A program made the translations under genes and the position numbers. From Pseudomonadota bacterium (GTDB lineage Bacteria; UBA10199; 2-02-FULL-44-16; JAAZCA01), in assembly GCA_043798915.1 (NCBI GenBank), contig JAZDOG010000102.1, positions 1-64,000 on the forward strand: DNA of 64,000 nt, in the 5' to 3' direction. The notes beneath the pieces were generated by a model, which saw nothing but the letters and a program-made list of their open reading frames with translations, did not search any database and had not been told where the DNA came from. Positions 46,633 through 57,510 of this stretch are shown here, piece after piece (the first letter of the stretch is position 1; each line of letters starts with the position of its first letter).

Positions 46633-47118
46633 TCACGCTATTTTGAGGCTCTTGAGGAACAGCTGGAAAGGTTTGTAGTATTCCTGGAACCTGTCGTCCG
46701 GGAAGCTGGCGGTCATGTTGATGGCGAGGTTGCCCTTGAGCAGGGTGACCTGGACCTGCTTTACGATCTGGCCGGGCTTGATGTTCGGCGCAGGCGCGTT
46801 GGGCTGCTGCTGCTTCATCAGATCGGCCATCGCCGAGACGTCCCAGCTGCAGACCATCATCTTGCCGCGCACCCCGGAGATCGCGATGTCGCGCTCGTCG
46901 GAGATCTTCAAATCCTTTATGCCACGCTTCTCGATCGACTCCTTTATGCGGCCGAAATAGCTCGCCAGATCGATTTCCTTGGGAAGGTACTCCTTGGTGA
47001 GGATTACATTCGGCTTGACGTTGGGGTCGGGAGAGGGCAGCGTAAGAGTCAGCATCCCCTGAACGTTCCAGTCTTCCGGGGTCTCCGCAGCCAGCTCCGC
47101 CATCTCGATCCGTGGCAT
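46633..47118 (-). CDS. Hypothetical protein, DcrB/PsbP-like fold (tentative)
   Basis: PEDW, PNVILTKE; AGGAGG RBS. Confidence 0.6.
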   Translation of the reverse strand: MPRIEMAELAAETPEDWNVQGMLTLTLPSPDPNVKPNVILTKEYLPKEIDLASYFGRIKESIEKRGIKDLKISDERDIAISGVRGKMMVCSWDVSAMADLMKQQQPNAPAPNIKPGQIVKQVQVTLLKGNLAINMTASFPDDRFQEYYKPFQLFLKSLKIA

Positions 47119-47196
47119 GTGTCCCTCCTGAAATGGAGGTGAGGGATAACACGGGCTTGAGAGGCTTAGCAAGCGGAATTGCCAAGGTGCGATCTT

Positions 47197-48330
47197 ATGG
47201 AAAACCATTTCACAGTTGAAAACAGGGACATCGGCCAGCGCCTCGACAAATGGCTCTGCACGCGACTACCCGGCTTATCGCGAAACCAGATCAAGTCGCT
47301 ATTGGATGATGGGCGCATCCTCATCAACAACCGCCGGGTTGTGATCGCAGGCTGGGAGCTGGAGGCCGACGACGTGGTCGAGGTGAGGATCCCGCCGGAC
47401 TTCGAGAAGAAGGCCGGGGGAGAAGGCTCCGTCCCCAGTCCGCAACATGCCGCCCCGGCAAGCCCAGTCACGCCGGATGGGGCGGAGGTCCCCGCTGAAA
47501 AGGCCAAGATCAGGGCCTCGATCGAAAGGCATTTCACAAGGCAGAAGGATCGGCACCACCGCAAACCCGAGGAGACAAAAAAAGAGAACAAGGAAAATAA
47601 GGAGGGCGCACAGTCGAGGCCCGGGCGCCTGAAGATATATCATGAGGACAGGGACCTGATCGTAGTCGAGAAGCTGGCTGGTTTGCTCTCGGTTGCATCC
47701 CAGGAGGAGCGCGGGAGCCAGGACCTCGTGCGCGAGATCAAGGGCTACATGCGCCGGCGCCACCGCGGGAGCCAGCACTCTTTCGTCGCGCCTCTCCACC
47801 GGCTTGATGCGGAGACCAGCGGCATCATGGTCTTCGCACTCTCGAGGGAGGGACAGAAGCTCGAGCATCAATTCCGCGACCATTCGATCAGGCGCGAGTA
47901 TACAGCCATAGCAGCCGGACGACTGGAAGAGGAAAAGGGAATCATAGACATCCCGCTCGAAAAGGGTGACTTCCACGGCGGGAAGAAAGTGCGCAGCGCA
48001 GAAGGCGGCGGGAAGAGGGCGGTGACGGAATTCAGCGTCAAGGAGCGCTATCGCAACGCGACCCTCCTCGAACTCCGGGTGCGCACCGGCCGCACGCATC
48101 AGATCCGCGTCCATCTGGCTGAGAAGGGCTTTCCGCTGATAGGCGACAAGCTCTACGCCGACCGTGTGCCGGAGGGCATCCCGCCTTTCAGCCGGCACGC
48201 GCTCCACGCTCACTCGCTTGGCTTCCGTCATCCGGCGACCGGCAAAAAACTGACCTTTCACTCTCCGCTGCCCCGGGACATGCGCGAGTTGATCGATAAG
48301 CTCCGCGAAGCTATTGCCAAGGGTGAATGA
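47197..48330 (+). CDS. RluA/RluD-family pseudouridine synthase
   Basis: S4 domain RLDKWL, HRLDAETSG, TGRTHQIRVH, GDKLY, LHA. Confidence 0.94.
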   Translation: MENHFTVENRDIGQRLDKWLCTRLPGLSRNQIKSLLDDGRILINNRRVVIAGWELEADDVVEVRIPPDFEKKAGGEGSVPSPQHAAPASPVTPDGAEVPAEKAKIRASIERHFTRQKDRHHRKPEETKKENKENKEGAQSRPGRLKIYHEDRDLIVVEKLAGLLSVASQEERGSQDLVREIKGYMRRRHRGSQHSFVAPLHRLDAETSGIMVFALSREGQKLEHQFRDHSIRREYTAIAAGRLEEEKGIIDIPLEKGDFHGGKKVRSAEGGGKRAVTEFSVKERYRNATLLELRVRTGRTHQIRVHLAEKGFPLIGDKLYADRVPEGIPPFSRHALHAHSLGFRHPATGKKLTFHSPLPRDMRELIDKLREAIAKGE

Positions 48331-48345
48331 TGATGTTGATTTTTG

Positions 48346-48426
48346 TGCCCAGGGCGGGACTCGAACCCGCATAGGTTGCCCCACACGCCCCTCAAACGTG
48401 CGCGTCTGCCATTCCGCCACCTGGGC
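48346..48426 (-). tRNA. tRNA-Leu(GAG)
   Basis: GCCCAGGTGGCGGAATGGCAGACGC..CACGTTT-GAG-GGGCGTG, variable arm, GGTTCGAGTCC; follows secG. Confidence 0.95.
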
Positions 48427-48450
48427 TAAAAAATTCGCAATACATTTTCC

Positions 48451-48765
48451 CTATTCGCTTTCCTTGGGCGTCTCTCCCAAAGGCGCTGCCGGCTCCGACT
48501 GCGCCGGCATCGCCTTGTCGATCACCGTCTGGACCGAGCGAGTCTTGGATATCTGCGCAAGCCATATCGACGTGACGAGGAATGCGATCGCCATCCCGGC
48601 GGTCATCTTGCTCAGGAACGTCGCAGGGCCACGGCCTCCGAATACAGTCTGCGAGGCCCCGCCGAACACCGCTCCGATGTCCGCACCCTTGCCCACCTGC
48701 AAAAGGATCACGACGATCAAAAAGAAGCAGATCAAATAGTGGACTGTGATCAATACCGTTTCCAT
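48451..48765 (-). CDS. secG: Preprotein translocase SecG
   Basis: ILLQVGKGADIGAVFGG, FLSKMT; follows tpiA. Confidence 0.95.
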   Translation of the reverse strand: METVLITVHYLICFFLIVVILLQVGKGADIGAVFGGASQTVFGGRGPATFLSKMTAGMAIAFLVTSIWLAQISKTRSVQTVIDKAMPAQSEPAAPLGETPKESE

Positions 48766-48774
48766 GTCATCCTC

Positions 48775-49530
48775 TCAATGCGCGCTGCGCACGATCGCAG
48801 CGAACTGTTTCGGGTCCAGCGATGCGCCGCCCACTAGCGCGCCGTCTATATCCTCCTTCGACAGGAGTTCCCGGCTGTTGGACGGCTTGACGCTGCCACC
48901 GTATATTATCCTGATATTTTCCGCAACAGCCGCGCCGAAGGCCTTGGCAAAGTGTCTGCGGATGAGCGCGTGCACCTCCTGGGCCTGTTCTGGCGTTGCC
49001 GTGCGCCCTGTGCCGATCGCCCAGACCGGCTCGTAGGCGACGACGGCGCTTGCCGCGGCCTCCGCACTCATGCCCATGAGGCCCCCTTTAAGCTGGCGCT
49101 CTATGACATCCCACGTCCGGTTCGCTTCCCGCTCGCCGAGCGTCTCTCCCACGCAGAGGATCGGAATCAGGCCATGGCGCAGCGCCGCCCGAAACCGGCG
49201 ATTCGCCGTTTCGTCGGTTTCGCCGAAGAGCTGCCTGCGTTCGGAGTGGCCGATCAGCGCGCAGCTGCACCCGACATCCCTGAGGAAGAGGCCCGATATC
49301 TCGCCCGTGTAGGCGCCCGAGTCCTCCCAGAAGATGTTCTGGGCGGCGAGCTTGAACTCCGTCTCGGCCAGCGCCACACCGATGGAATAGAGCGCGGTGA
49401 AGGGCGGGGCGATGACGACATCGACGTGCCCTGCGGCCTTGAGCTCGGATGCGAGCGCGGCAACAAACTTGAGCGCCTCCGGGACCGTGTTGTTCATCTT
49501 CCAATTTGCGGCGATGAAGGATTTTCTCAT
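48775..49530 (-). CDS. tpiA: Triosephosphate isomerase
   Basis: NWKMN, GHSERR, AYEPVWAIGTG, LVGGASL. Confidence 0.98.
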   Translation of the reverse strand: MRKSFIAANWKMNNTVPEALKFVAALASELKAAGHVDVVIAPPFTALYSIGVALAETEFKLAAQNIFWEDSGAYTGEISGLFLRDVGCSCALIGHSERRQLFGETDETANRRFRAALRHGLIPILCVGETLGEREANRTWDVIERQLKGGLMGMSAEAAASAVVAYEPVWAIGTGRTATPEQAQEVHALIRRHFAKAFGAAVAENIRIIYGGSVKPSNSRELLSKEDIDGALVGGASLDPKQFAAIVRSAH

Positions 49531-49542
49531 ATTCACCCTTGG

Positions 49543-50730
49543 CTATTGCTCAAGTGCTGCTATTCCAGGCAGCTTCTTGCCTTCCAGAAATTCCAGCGAC
49601 GCACCGCCGCCGGTGGATATATGGTTTATCTTGTCAGCCACGCCAGCCTTTGTCACGGCCGCCACGGAATCGCCGCCTCCCACGACCGATACGGCGGCGC
49701 TGTCCGCCACCGCCTGCGCCATCCGGTCCGTGCCGACGGAGAAGGGCGCGAGCTCGAAGACTCCCATCGGCCCGTTCCAGAAGATGGTGCCGGCCTTTTC
49801 GATCGCCGACGTGAATTTCGATATCGTCCTGGGGCCGATGTCCAGGCCCATCATCTCGTCCGGAATCGCCTGGCCCTCGGTCTCCTTGGGGAGCGCCTCC
49901 GCACTGCAGACCGAAGCGACGATGTGGTCGAGGGGAAGCATTATCTGGATGCCCCTGGTCTCCGCACGTTCGAGTATGCGCCTGGCCGCGTGGATCTTCT
50001 CCTCCTCGACGAGCGATTTGCCGACCGCGATACCCTTGGCCTTGAGGAATGTGTAGGCCATGCCGCCGCCGATCAGGAGCCTGTCGCAGATGTTCATCAG
50101 GTTCTCGACAACGCCCAGCTTGTCCGAGACCTTTGCCCCGCCGAGGAGCGCAACGAACGGCCGCGCCGGATTCTTGAGCAGGCGCGTGAGCGCCTCCACC
50201 TCGGCGCGCATGAGAAAGCCGGCGCCTTTCTGAGCAACATAAGGAACCATCCCGACGGTGGATGCGTGAGCCCTGTGGGCGGTGCCGAAGGCGTCGTTCA
50301 CGTAGACCTCGGCGAGCGAGGCCAGCTGTTTTGCGAAGGCGTCGCCGTTTGCCTCTTCCTCGGGATGAAAGCGCAGATTTTCGAGGAGCATGACCTGCCC
50401 CGGCGCAAGCTCGGATGCTAACTTCTTCACTGCATCGCCGACGCAGTCCTCCGGGTGCAGGACATCCACATCCCCCAGAAGCTCCGCGAGCCTCTCGCCC
50501 ACCGGCCTCATCGAATATTTGGGGTTCAGTTTTCCCTTTGGCCGGCCCAAGTGCGACGCAAGGATGACCCTCGCGTTCTGTCCCAGGGCGTAGCGGATGG
50601 TGGGAAGCGCTGCGCGGATGCGCGTGTCATCGCTGATCGCCCCCCCTTCGTCCATGGCGACATTGAAATCCACGCGGATGAAAAGCCGCCTCTCCGCAAT
50701 CTGCAGTTCGTCGATGTATTTGATGGTCAT
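49543..50730 (-). CDS. pgk: Phosphoglycerate kinase
   Basis: RVDFNV, NDAFGTAHRAH, WNGPMGVFE, STGGGA. Confidence 0.98.
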   Translation of the reverse strand: MTIKYIDELQIAERRLFIRVDFNVAMDEGGAISDDTRIRAALPTIRYALGQNARVILASHLGRPKGKLNPKYSMRPVGERLAELLGDVDVLHPEDCVGDAVKKLASELAPGQVMLLENLRFHPEEEANGDAFAKQLASLAEVYVNDAFGTAHRAHASTVGMVPYVAQKGAGFLMRAEVEALTRLLKNPARPFVALLGGAKVSDKLGVVENLMNICDRLLIGGGMAYTFLKAKGIAVGKSLVEEEKIHAARRILERAETRGIQIMLPLDHIVASVCSAEALPKETEGQAIPDEMMGLDIGPRTISKFTSAIEKAGTIFWNGPMGVFELAPFSVGTDRMAQAVADSAAVSVVGGGDSVAAVTKAGVADKINHISTGGGASLEFLEGKKLPGIAALEQ

Positions 50731-50740
50731 AGAATGAAAC

Positions 50741-51745
50741 CTATAGTTTCTTGCCTATGTATTCCGTCAGCCTCAGCATCTGGTTGCAGAAGCCGATCTC
50801 GTTGTCGTACCAGGCCAGCACCTTCACCATGTTGTCGATCACCTTGGTGGACAGCGCATCGACGATGGAGGGGTGGGTCTCGCCCATGAAATCCACCGAG
50901 ACGCATTCATCCTCGCAGTACGCCAGTATCCCCTTGAGCTCCCCTTCGGACGCGGCCTTCAGCGCGGAGTTCACCTCAGCTGCCGAGACGGCCTTCTTGA
51001 GGACCGCGACGAGATCGACGAGGGAGACGTTCGCCGTCGGAATGCGGATCGCCAGTCCGTCGAGCTTGCCGGCCAGAGCCGGCAGAACGAGCCCCACGGC
51101 GCGTGCGGCGCCGGTCGTCGTCGGTATCTGGGAGACGGCCGCAGAGCGGGCGCGGCGGAGGTCCTTGTGGGGGCCGTCGACGACGCGCTGGTCGTTTGTG
51201 TAGGAGTGAACGGTCGTCATGAAGCCGCGCTCTATGCCGAACGAGTCCTGCAGAACTTTTGCGACAGGCGCCAGACAGTTGGTCGTGCAGCTGGCGGCGG
51301 AGAGGACGTGGTGCTCGGAAGGCCTGTAGCTCTCGTGATTGATGCCGAAGACAAACGTCGGCGTGTCCTTGCCCTTGCACGGCGCGGAGACGATGACCTT
51401 CTTCGCGCCCGCCGCGATGTGTTTGGAGGCGGACTCCCTGTCCGTGAAAATACCGGTGCATTCGAGCACGATGTCACAGCGTTGGTTCTTCCAGGGAAGC
51501 GCCGAGGGATCCTTCTCGCTATAGACGGGAATCGTGTGGCCATTGACGACAAGGCCGGATTCCGAGGCCTTCACCTCGCCTTTGAACCTGCCGTGCGTGG
51601 AGTCGTACTTGAAAAGGTGGGCCATCGTAGCCGGCGGGACGATATCGTTGATCCCGACGCACTCCAAACCCTTTTTCTCCGCCATCACCCGAAGAGCCAG
51701 TCTGCCTATACGACCAAAACCGTTGATGCCTATGCGCAATGTCAT
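50741..51745 (-). CDS. gap: Glyceraldehyde-3-phosphate dehydrogenase, type I
   Basis: INGFGRIGR, ASCTTNCL, WYDNE. Confidence 0.98.
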   Translation of the reverse strand: MTLRIGINGFGRIGRLALRVMAEKKGLECVGINDIVPPATMAHLFKYDSTHGRFKGEVKASESGLVVNGHTIPVYSEKDPSALPWKNQRCDIVLECTGIFTDRESASKHIAAGAKKVIVSAPCKGKDTPTFVFGINHESYRPSEHHVLSAASCTTNCLAPVAKVLQDSFGIERGFMTTVHSYTNDQRVVDGPHKDLRRARSAAVSQIPTTTGAARAVGLVLPALAGKLDGLAIRIPTANVSLVDLVAVLKKAVSAAEVNSALKAASEGELKGILAYCEDECVSVDFMGETHPSIVDALSTKVIDNMVKVLAWYDNEIGFCNQMLRLTEYIGKKL

Positions 51746-51930
51746 GACATGCCTCCTTTTATAGATTTTATATTAGCACAAACGCCCGTTTCTATCGAGG
51801 GCGGCGCAGTATACACCTTTGCGATTGCCCGTCAAGCCTTCGCCCGCACATGCACAACAGGGGCTCAAATGCGGCTATTTTGCCTTTTGAATGATTGACA
51901 GGTACGCATTGGCGGGGATATGAGCCGGAC

Positions 51931-53295
51931 ATGCGTGAGTTGGGCGTGGGCGACACGATCTGCGCGATAGCGACCCCGCCGGGGCACGGCGGCATCGGGG
52001 TCGTGCGGATAAGCGGTGCGGATGCGCGCAGGGTCCTGGCTTCGGTCTGGCGCGGCCGCGTGGCGGTGTCCGATTTCGAGCCGAGGAGGCTCTACTTGGG
52101 CGATGTCGGGGTCGATCGCGTGATGGCGGTCTTCATGCCGGCGCCCGCTACCTACACCGGCGAGGATGTGGTGGAACTCTCGGCCCACGGATCCCCCGCG
52201 GTCCTCCGTCAGATCATGGAGGGCTGTCTTGCCTCCGGCGCCAGGGCGGCAGGTCCTGGAGAATTTACGAGAAGGGCGTTCGTGGCCGGCAAGCTCGACC
52301 TCGCACAGGCAGAGGGCGTCGCGGACCTCATAAACGCGACGAGCGAGAGGGCCGCGAGGCTGGCCGGCGAGCAGCTCAAAGGCGCGCTCTCGGAGAAGGT
52401 CTCCGATGCGGGGGATGCCCTCGCAACTTTGCGCGCCGAGATCGAAGCGGGGATAGATTTTCCTGAGGAAAATCTGGAGCAGCGCGCGATGGGCGATGTC
52501 ATCGATCGCCTGCAAGATATTGCATCGAACCTGAAGATCCTCTCGTCGACATATGCCGGAGGGCGCCTGATCCGCGAGGGCGCGCGCGTGGCTATCGTCG
52601 GCCGCCCGAACGCCGGCAAGTCGAGCATCTTCAACCGCCTCGCCGGCGCTGACAGGGCCATCGTCCACCATGAGCCGGGGACCACGCGCGATGTGGTGGA
52701 GGAACAGATATCGCTCGGCGGGCTTTCGTTCAGGCTCCGCGACACGGCGGGGCTTCGGGCAAACGCCGGCGAAATCGAGGCGATCGGCGTGGGCCGCGCC
52801 CGCGAGGAGATCGCCGCAGCGGATATCGTCGTAGCCGTCTTCGATGGCTCGCGCGCATGGGACGGCGAAGATGCCGAGCTCATGGCCACGCTCGATCCTC
52901 GACGATGTATCGCGGTGATCAACAAGTGCGACCTTACCCTCGCGTTCGATCCGGAGAAACTTCCCGTGCTGAGCGGGGGCATAAAACCGCTGCATCTCTC
53001 CGCAAGGACCGGATCGGGCATCGAGTATCTTGCAAGCCAGCTCGTCGGATGCGCCGCAGCGGATGCGGGCAAGGCCGAAGGCGTCATGGTCGCGAGCGCC
53101 AGGCACAAGGCGCTCATCGACGAGGCCCTCCTCGCCATCGACGCCGCACAGAACTCGCTCGAAAAAGGCGAGCCGGCCGAATGCGCGGCGGCAAGAATGC
53201 TCGCCGCGCAGGATGCGCTGGGCTCCATCACGGGCAGGGTGACAACAGACGACATCCTCGACCGGATATTCTCGACCTTCTGCATAGGCAAGTGA
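51931..53295 (+). CDS. mnmE: tRNA modification GTPase MnmE
   Basis: [38 protein letters not shown]. Confidence 0.97.
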   Translation: MRELGVGDTICAIATPPGHGGIGVVRISGADARRVLASVWRGRVAVSDFEPRRLYLGDVGVDRVMAVFMPAPATYTGEDVVELSAHGSPAVLRQIMEGCLASGARAAGPGEFTRRAFVAGKLDLAQAEGVADLINATSERAARLAGEQLKGALSEKVSDAGDALATLRAEIEAGIDFPEENLEQRAMGDVIDRLQDIASNLKILSSTYAGGRLIREGARVAIVGRPNAGKSSIFNRLAGADRAIVHHEPGTTRDVVEEQISLGGLSFRLRDTAGLRANAGEIEAIGVGRAREEIAAADIVVAVFDGSRAWDGEDAELMATLDPRRCIAVINKCDLTLAFDPEKLPVLSGGIKPLHLSARTGSGIEYLASQLVGCAAADAGKAEGVMVASARHKALIDEALLAIDAAQNSLEKGEPAECAAARMLAAQDALGSITGRVTTDDILDRIFSTFCIGK

Positions 53296-53302
53296 GCCTA
53301 AT

Positions 53303-55273
53303 ATGAAATACGACATCATCATCATAGGCGCAGGACACGCCGGCTGCGAGGCCTCCCTCGCCGCGGCGCGGATGGGCGCCCATGTGGCGCTTGTCACGGC
53401 GAGGCGGGACACTATAGCGGCGATGAGCTGCAATCCTGCGATCGGGGGATTGGCCAAGGGCCACATCGTCCGCGAGATAGACGCTCTCGGCGGCGAGATG
53501 GCCCGCGCCGCCGACGCCACTGGCATACAGTTTCGCCGCCTCAACATGAGCCGCGGCCCGGCGGTGCGCGCCACGCGCTGCCAGTCCGACCGAAAGCACT
53601 ACCATCTCTATATGCGGGCGGCGATCGAGGCAGAGGAGAACATCGATATCATCGAGGCTGAAGCAGTTGCGCTTTTGACAGACCCCTCCCCCTCGATGGG
53701 GGAGGGCAAGGGTGGGGGTGATCTTGGCAATCGCGGCCACCCTCACCCCGACCCTCTCCCCTCAAGGGAGAGGGAAAAGAGTGTCATCAAGGGCGTTACG
53801 ATAAAAGGCACGGGAGAGGTCAACCCGAAGCAGGAACTCAGCGCATCGCGTGTCATCGTCACGACCGGTACTTTTTTAAACGGCCTGCTTCATTTCGGAA
53901 TGGAATCGGGACCCGGCGGTCGCATCGGCGACCACGTCGCCGGCGGCCTCTCTGCATCGCTCGCATCGCTGGGCTTCGCGCTCGGTCGACTCAAGACCGG
54001 TACTTGTCCCAGACTCGCGCGCGACACCGTCGACTTCAGCGTCTGTGAGCGCCAAGATGGGGACGATCCACGGCCGCGCTTCTCGGACGACGATGTGGGG
54101 AATATGTTGCCTGAGCTCCCCTGTCACATCACGTACACGACGCCGGAGACGCACGCCGTGATCCGGGCAAATCTCTCGCGCTCTCCGCTCTACAGCGGCC
54201 GCATCAGGGGAACAGGGCCCCGCTATTGCCCCTCGATCGAGGACAAGGTCGTCCGCTTCGCCGAGCGCGACCGTCACCAGCTCTTCCTTGAACCGGAGGG
54301 TATCGACACCGACTGGATCTATGTGAACGGCCTCTCGACATCACTGCCGCTGGACGCTCAGCGCGAGATGTTGAAGACGATACCGGGACTGGAGCACGCA
54401 GAGATAGTGCAACCCGGCTACGCCGTAGAATACGATTTCGTCCCTCCCACGCAGCTCAAGGCCACGCTCGAGACAAAGCTCGTGGACGGCCTCTATCTCG
54501 CCGGACAGATCAACGGGACGTCCGGCTATGAGGAGGCGGCGGCGCAGGGGTTGATCGCCGGAATCAACGCGACGTGCGCACTGCGCAAAGAGGGCGAAAT
54601 AATCCTCAGGCGTGACGAATCGTACATCGGCGTCCTCATCGACGACCTCGTCACGAAGGGAACGGACGAGCCGTACCGCATGTTCACATCGAGGGCGGAA
54701 TACAGGCTCCTGCTTCGTGAGGACAACTCCGCAGAGAGGCTCTCTCCGCTGGGACGGAAGCTGGGCCTGATAAAGGACGAGAGGTGGCAAAGATTCAAAG
54801 ACAGACAGGAGGCGCTGAAACGAACCATCTCGATCCTCAAGGAGACGGCGGTGGCACCCACGACGGAGACAAACGCCGCGCTCGGCGCGATGGGGAGCTC
54901 CTCGCTCAAGAAACCGGCCTGCCTCGCCGACCTCGTGGCGCGGCCCGAGCTCGGCATCAGGGAGGTCCTCTCCGCATTCGCCCCGCACGCGATCACGAAA
55001 GACTACGGAGGAATGCTGGAGAGCGCAGAGATGGACACGAAATACGCCGGCTACATCAGGGCCGACCTGGAGCGCGTCGGAAAATTCATGCATCTGGAGG
55101 AGATAGGGATTCCCGCCGACTATGAATATTCCTCTACACATGGCCTCTCGGCCGAGGCGCGCGAGAAGCTCTCGCGTATCAGGCCGGCGACTCTCGGGCA
55201 GGCCTCGCGGATTCCGGGGATCACTCCCGCGGCCATATCCGTGCTCATGGTGGCCCTTGCGTCGAGGCGCTGA
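53303..55273 (+). CDS. mnmG: tRNA uridine 5-carboxymethylaminomethyl modification enzyme MnmG
   Basis: [41 protein letters not shown]; carries in-frame repeat insertion. Confidence 0.98.
   Translation: MKYDIIIIGAGHAGCEASLAAARMGAHVALVTARRDTIAAMSCNPAIGGLAKGHIVREIDALGGEMARAADATGIQFRRLNMSRGPAVRATRCQSDRKHYHLYMRAAIEAEENIDIIEAEAVALLTDPSPSMGEGKGGGDLGNRGHPHPDPLPSREREKSVIKGVTIKGTGEVNPKQELSASRVIVTTGTFLNGLLHFGMESGPGGRIGDHVAGGLSASLASLGFALGRLKTGTCPRLARDTVDFSVCERQDGDDPRPRFSDDDVGNMLPELPCHITYTTPETHAVIRANLSRSPLYSGRIRGTGPRYCPSIEDKVVRFAERDRHQLFLEPEGIDTDWIYVNGLSTSLPLDAQREMLKTIPGLEHAEIVQPGYAVEYDFVPPTQLKATLETKLVDGLYLAGQINGTSGYEEAAAQGLIAGINATCALRKEGEIILRRDESYIGVLIDDLVTKGTDEPYRMFTSRAEYRLLLREDNSAERLSPLGRKLGLIKDERWQRFKDRQEALKRTISILKETAVAPTTETNAALGAMGSSSLKKPACLADLVARPELGIREVLSAFAPHAITKDYGGMLESAEMDTKYAGYIRADLERVGKFMHLEEIGIPADYEYSSTHGLSAEAREKLSRIRPATLGQASRIPGITPAAISVLMVALASRR
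53683..53775. repeat. Palindromic repeat doublet inserted in-frame in mnmG
   Basis: CCCCTCCCCC-TCGAT-GGGGGAGGG..GGGTGGGGGTG..CACCCTCACCCCGACCCTCTCCC-CTCAA-GGGAGAGGG. Confidence 0.88.
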
Positions 55274-55940
55274 TCTTTCGCACCGGAAAAAGGAACGACA
55301 CTCCCCCGTTCATGATGACGTCCGCGTTGAACTTGTCGCCGGAGGGAATAGGCGTCGGATGGAGGAGGGCGTTGACGTCGAAGCGCACCGCGAGCCACGG
55401 CAACGGAGTGTAGACCTTGATGCCCCCGCCCACCACGAAGGCGGGTTTCCATTCGTGGTTGATGTAGATCGTGCCGCCGCCAAGCGTAAAAAAGAGATCG
55501 CTGTCGATGATCGTCTTCCCGGCGCGGATGGCACAGTCGTTGCTGATCGAAACCTCGGCATCGAGTATGTGTGAATTGTTGGTCGTGAGGCTGTTGCCAA
55601 ACGATGTCGAGGAGTTGGCCCTTATGTAGCTGTAGAGATACGACGCGCCGACCGAAAAGGCATTGCTGACATGGAGCATGTACCGGGCGCCCGCGTCCCA
55701 GGTGTTGAGCCACTCGTCCCCCAGATAATCCCCGCCGGAGATCTCGATTTCGCTCTGCCATTTCTTCGAGAAGCGATCGCGGCGGTCGAGCGCCTTGTGC
55801 AGGGGCGCGAACTCCGGCCCTCCGGCCGGGGCCTCACTCGAGATTGTCGCTGGTTTGTCCTCCGACGAATGGGCAACGCCGCCCGCCAGACAGATGAGGA
55901 GCGCCGCAATCATAAATCTGTTCAGGATTTTACGAGTCAT
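55245..55940 (-). CDS. Outer-membrane beta-barrel domain protein
   Basis: Signal peptide; about 8 amphipathic strands, GGGIKVY..WLAVRFD, GVSFLF. Confidence 0.75.
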   Translation of the reverse strand: MTRKILNRFMIAALLICLAGGVAHSSEDKPATISSEAPAGGPEFAPLHKALDRRDRFSKKWQSEIEISGGDYLGDEWLNTWDAGARYMLHVSNAFSVGASYLYSYIRANSSTSFGNSLTTNNSHILDAEVSISNDCAIRAGKTIIDSDLFFTLGGGTIYINHEWKPAFVVGGGIKVYTPLPWLAVRFDVNALLHPTPIPSGDKFNADVIMNGGVSFLFPVRKISASTQGPP

Positions 55941-55945
55941 GGTAA

Positions 55946-57361
55946 CTATTCGGCATACGCCTCGGCTTCCTCTTTTGCCAGCTTGCCGGACTTGGAGGCA
56001 GCGGCCGCCAGATCCTTCGTCACCTTCCAGGCGCTGCCGGGGAAGCGGTGGCACCCCTCCATCACCTGCTCGAACGCGGAGAGGAACCTCGTGACGTGCA
56101 CCTCGTTCAGCACCAGAGGCGGCAGGAGCTTGACGACGTCGAGGTTATGGCCGGCCACCTGCGTGAGTATATGGTGTTCCTTCATGAGTGGGACGACGAT
56201 CATCTGCGGGAAGAGGCTCTTTGAAAGCGCATGGACCAACTTCCAGCCAGCCTTGAGCCTGAGCGATTTCGGCTCGCCGAACTCAATGCCTATCATGAGG
56301 CCCATGCCACGCACGTCCGAGAGCATTTCGAAGCGACACTGCATCGCGCGGAGCCCGTCGACGAGCAGCGAACCCATCTCCGCAGAGTTTTCAACAATTT
56401 TTTCCTCCTCGATCGCGTCGATGGCAGCGAGGCCCGCCGCCATCGCGAGGATGTTGCGGCCGAAGGTGTTGGAGTGGACCACGCAGTGTTCCATGTCGGT
56501 GAAGACGCGGTCATAGATGCTGCGCCTGTAGCAGATCGCGCCCACCGGGACGAAGCCGCCGGAGAGGGCCTTGGCCATCGTGACGATGTCGGGCTCGATC
56601 CCGAAGTGCTGGTGTGCGAACATTTTGCCCGTGCGGCCGAAGCCGGTCTGCACCTCGTCGCAGATCATGACCGCTTCGTAGCGCCGGCAGAGCGCCTGTG
56701 CCTCCGTGTAGAAGGAGCGCTCTGCGATGTAGACTCCCTTGCCCTGGATCGGCTCGAAGACGAACGCCGCCACGTCCCCCTTTTTGAGCTCTGCCTCGAG
56801 CGCTTCGACGTCGCCCATCGGAATCTTCGTGGCCTCGAGGAGTTCGCCGAAACCTTTTCGGAATTCTTTTCCGCCGTTGAGCGAGAGAGACCCGGTGGAG
56901 AGGCCGTGAAAGGCGTGGTCCCAGAATACGATGCGGTTCTTGCCCGTGCTCTTCCGCGCGAACTTGATCGCACCCTCGTTGGCCTCCGTCCCGGAGTTCG
57001 TGAAGAAGACCGTGTCCACGCCCTCGGGCATGTGGGAGAGGAGCCTCTCGGCGAGCAACCCTGCCGCAAGCGGGGCGTCCATCTGCACCATGTTGGGATA
57101 CGAGAGATCCAGCGCATCGTGGAGGGCCTTGCGAATCTTGGGGTGCGAACGGCCGAGAGCGAAGACACCATAGCCGGCGAGCATGTCGAGGTAGGAGTTC
57201 CCCTCGCGGTCGAAGAGCAGCGCCCCCTCAGCGCGGACGTAGTCGCGGTCGAAGCCGATGGTGCGCAAAACCCTTACTAGCTGGGGATTTACGTGCCGGG
57301 CGAAGAGTTCGTGCTGACGCCCGGCGTTCTCTTCCAGAAGCTGCCTGATATCTATCGTCAT
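55946..57361 (-). CDS. Class III PLP aminotransferase (HpnO-like)
   Basis: [41 protein letters not shown]. Confidence 0.9.
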   Translation of the reverse strand: MTIDIRQLLEENAGRQHELFARHVNPQLVRVLRTIGFDRDYVRAEGALLFDREGNSYLDMLAGYGVFALGRSHPKIRKALHDALDLSYPNMVQMDAPLAAGLLAERLLSHMPEGVDTVFFTNSGTEANEGAIKFARKSTGKNRIVFWDHAFHGLSTGSLSLNGGKEFRKGFGELLEATKIPMGDVEALEAELKKGDVAAFVFEPIQGKGVYIAERSFYTEAQALCRRYEAVMICDEVQTGFGRTGKMFAHQHFGIEPDIVTMAKALSGGFVPVGAICYRRSIYDRVFTDMEHCVVHSNTFGRNILAMAAGLAAIDAIEEEKIVENSAEMGSLLVDGLRAMQCRFEMLSDVRGMGLMIGIEFGEPKSLRLKAGWKLVHALSKSLFPQMIVVPLMKEHHILTQVAGHNLDVVKLLPPLVLNEVHVTRFLSAFEQVMEGCHRFPGSAWKVTKDLAAAASKSGKLAKEEAEAYAE

Positions 57362-57416
57362 AGGCCGCAACACCTATCAGATGCTGACTTTGGAGGCAAG
57401 CCCCGTCAACAGCGCA

Positions 57417-57506
57417 CCCTCCCTTTGTAAGGGAGGGATGGGGAGGGTAGACCACGGATATTTCGCACGATCTACCCCCTCTAACTCCCCCTTACAAAGG
57501 GGGAGG
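57417..57506. repeat. Palindromic repeat doublet
   Basis: Same family as 16642; left arm nearly identical to it. Confidence 0.9.
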
Positions 57507-57510
57507 ACTA

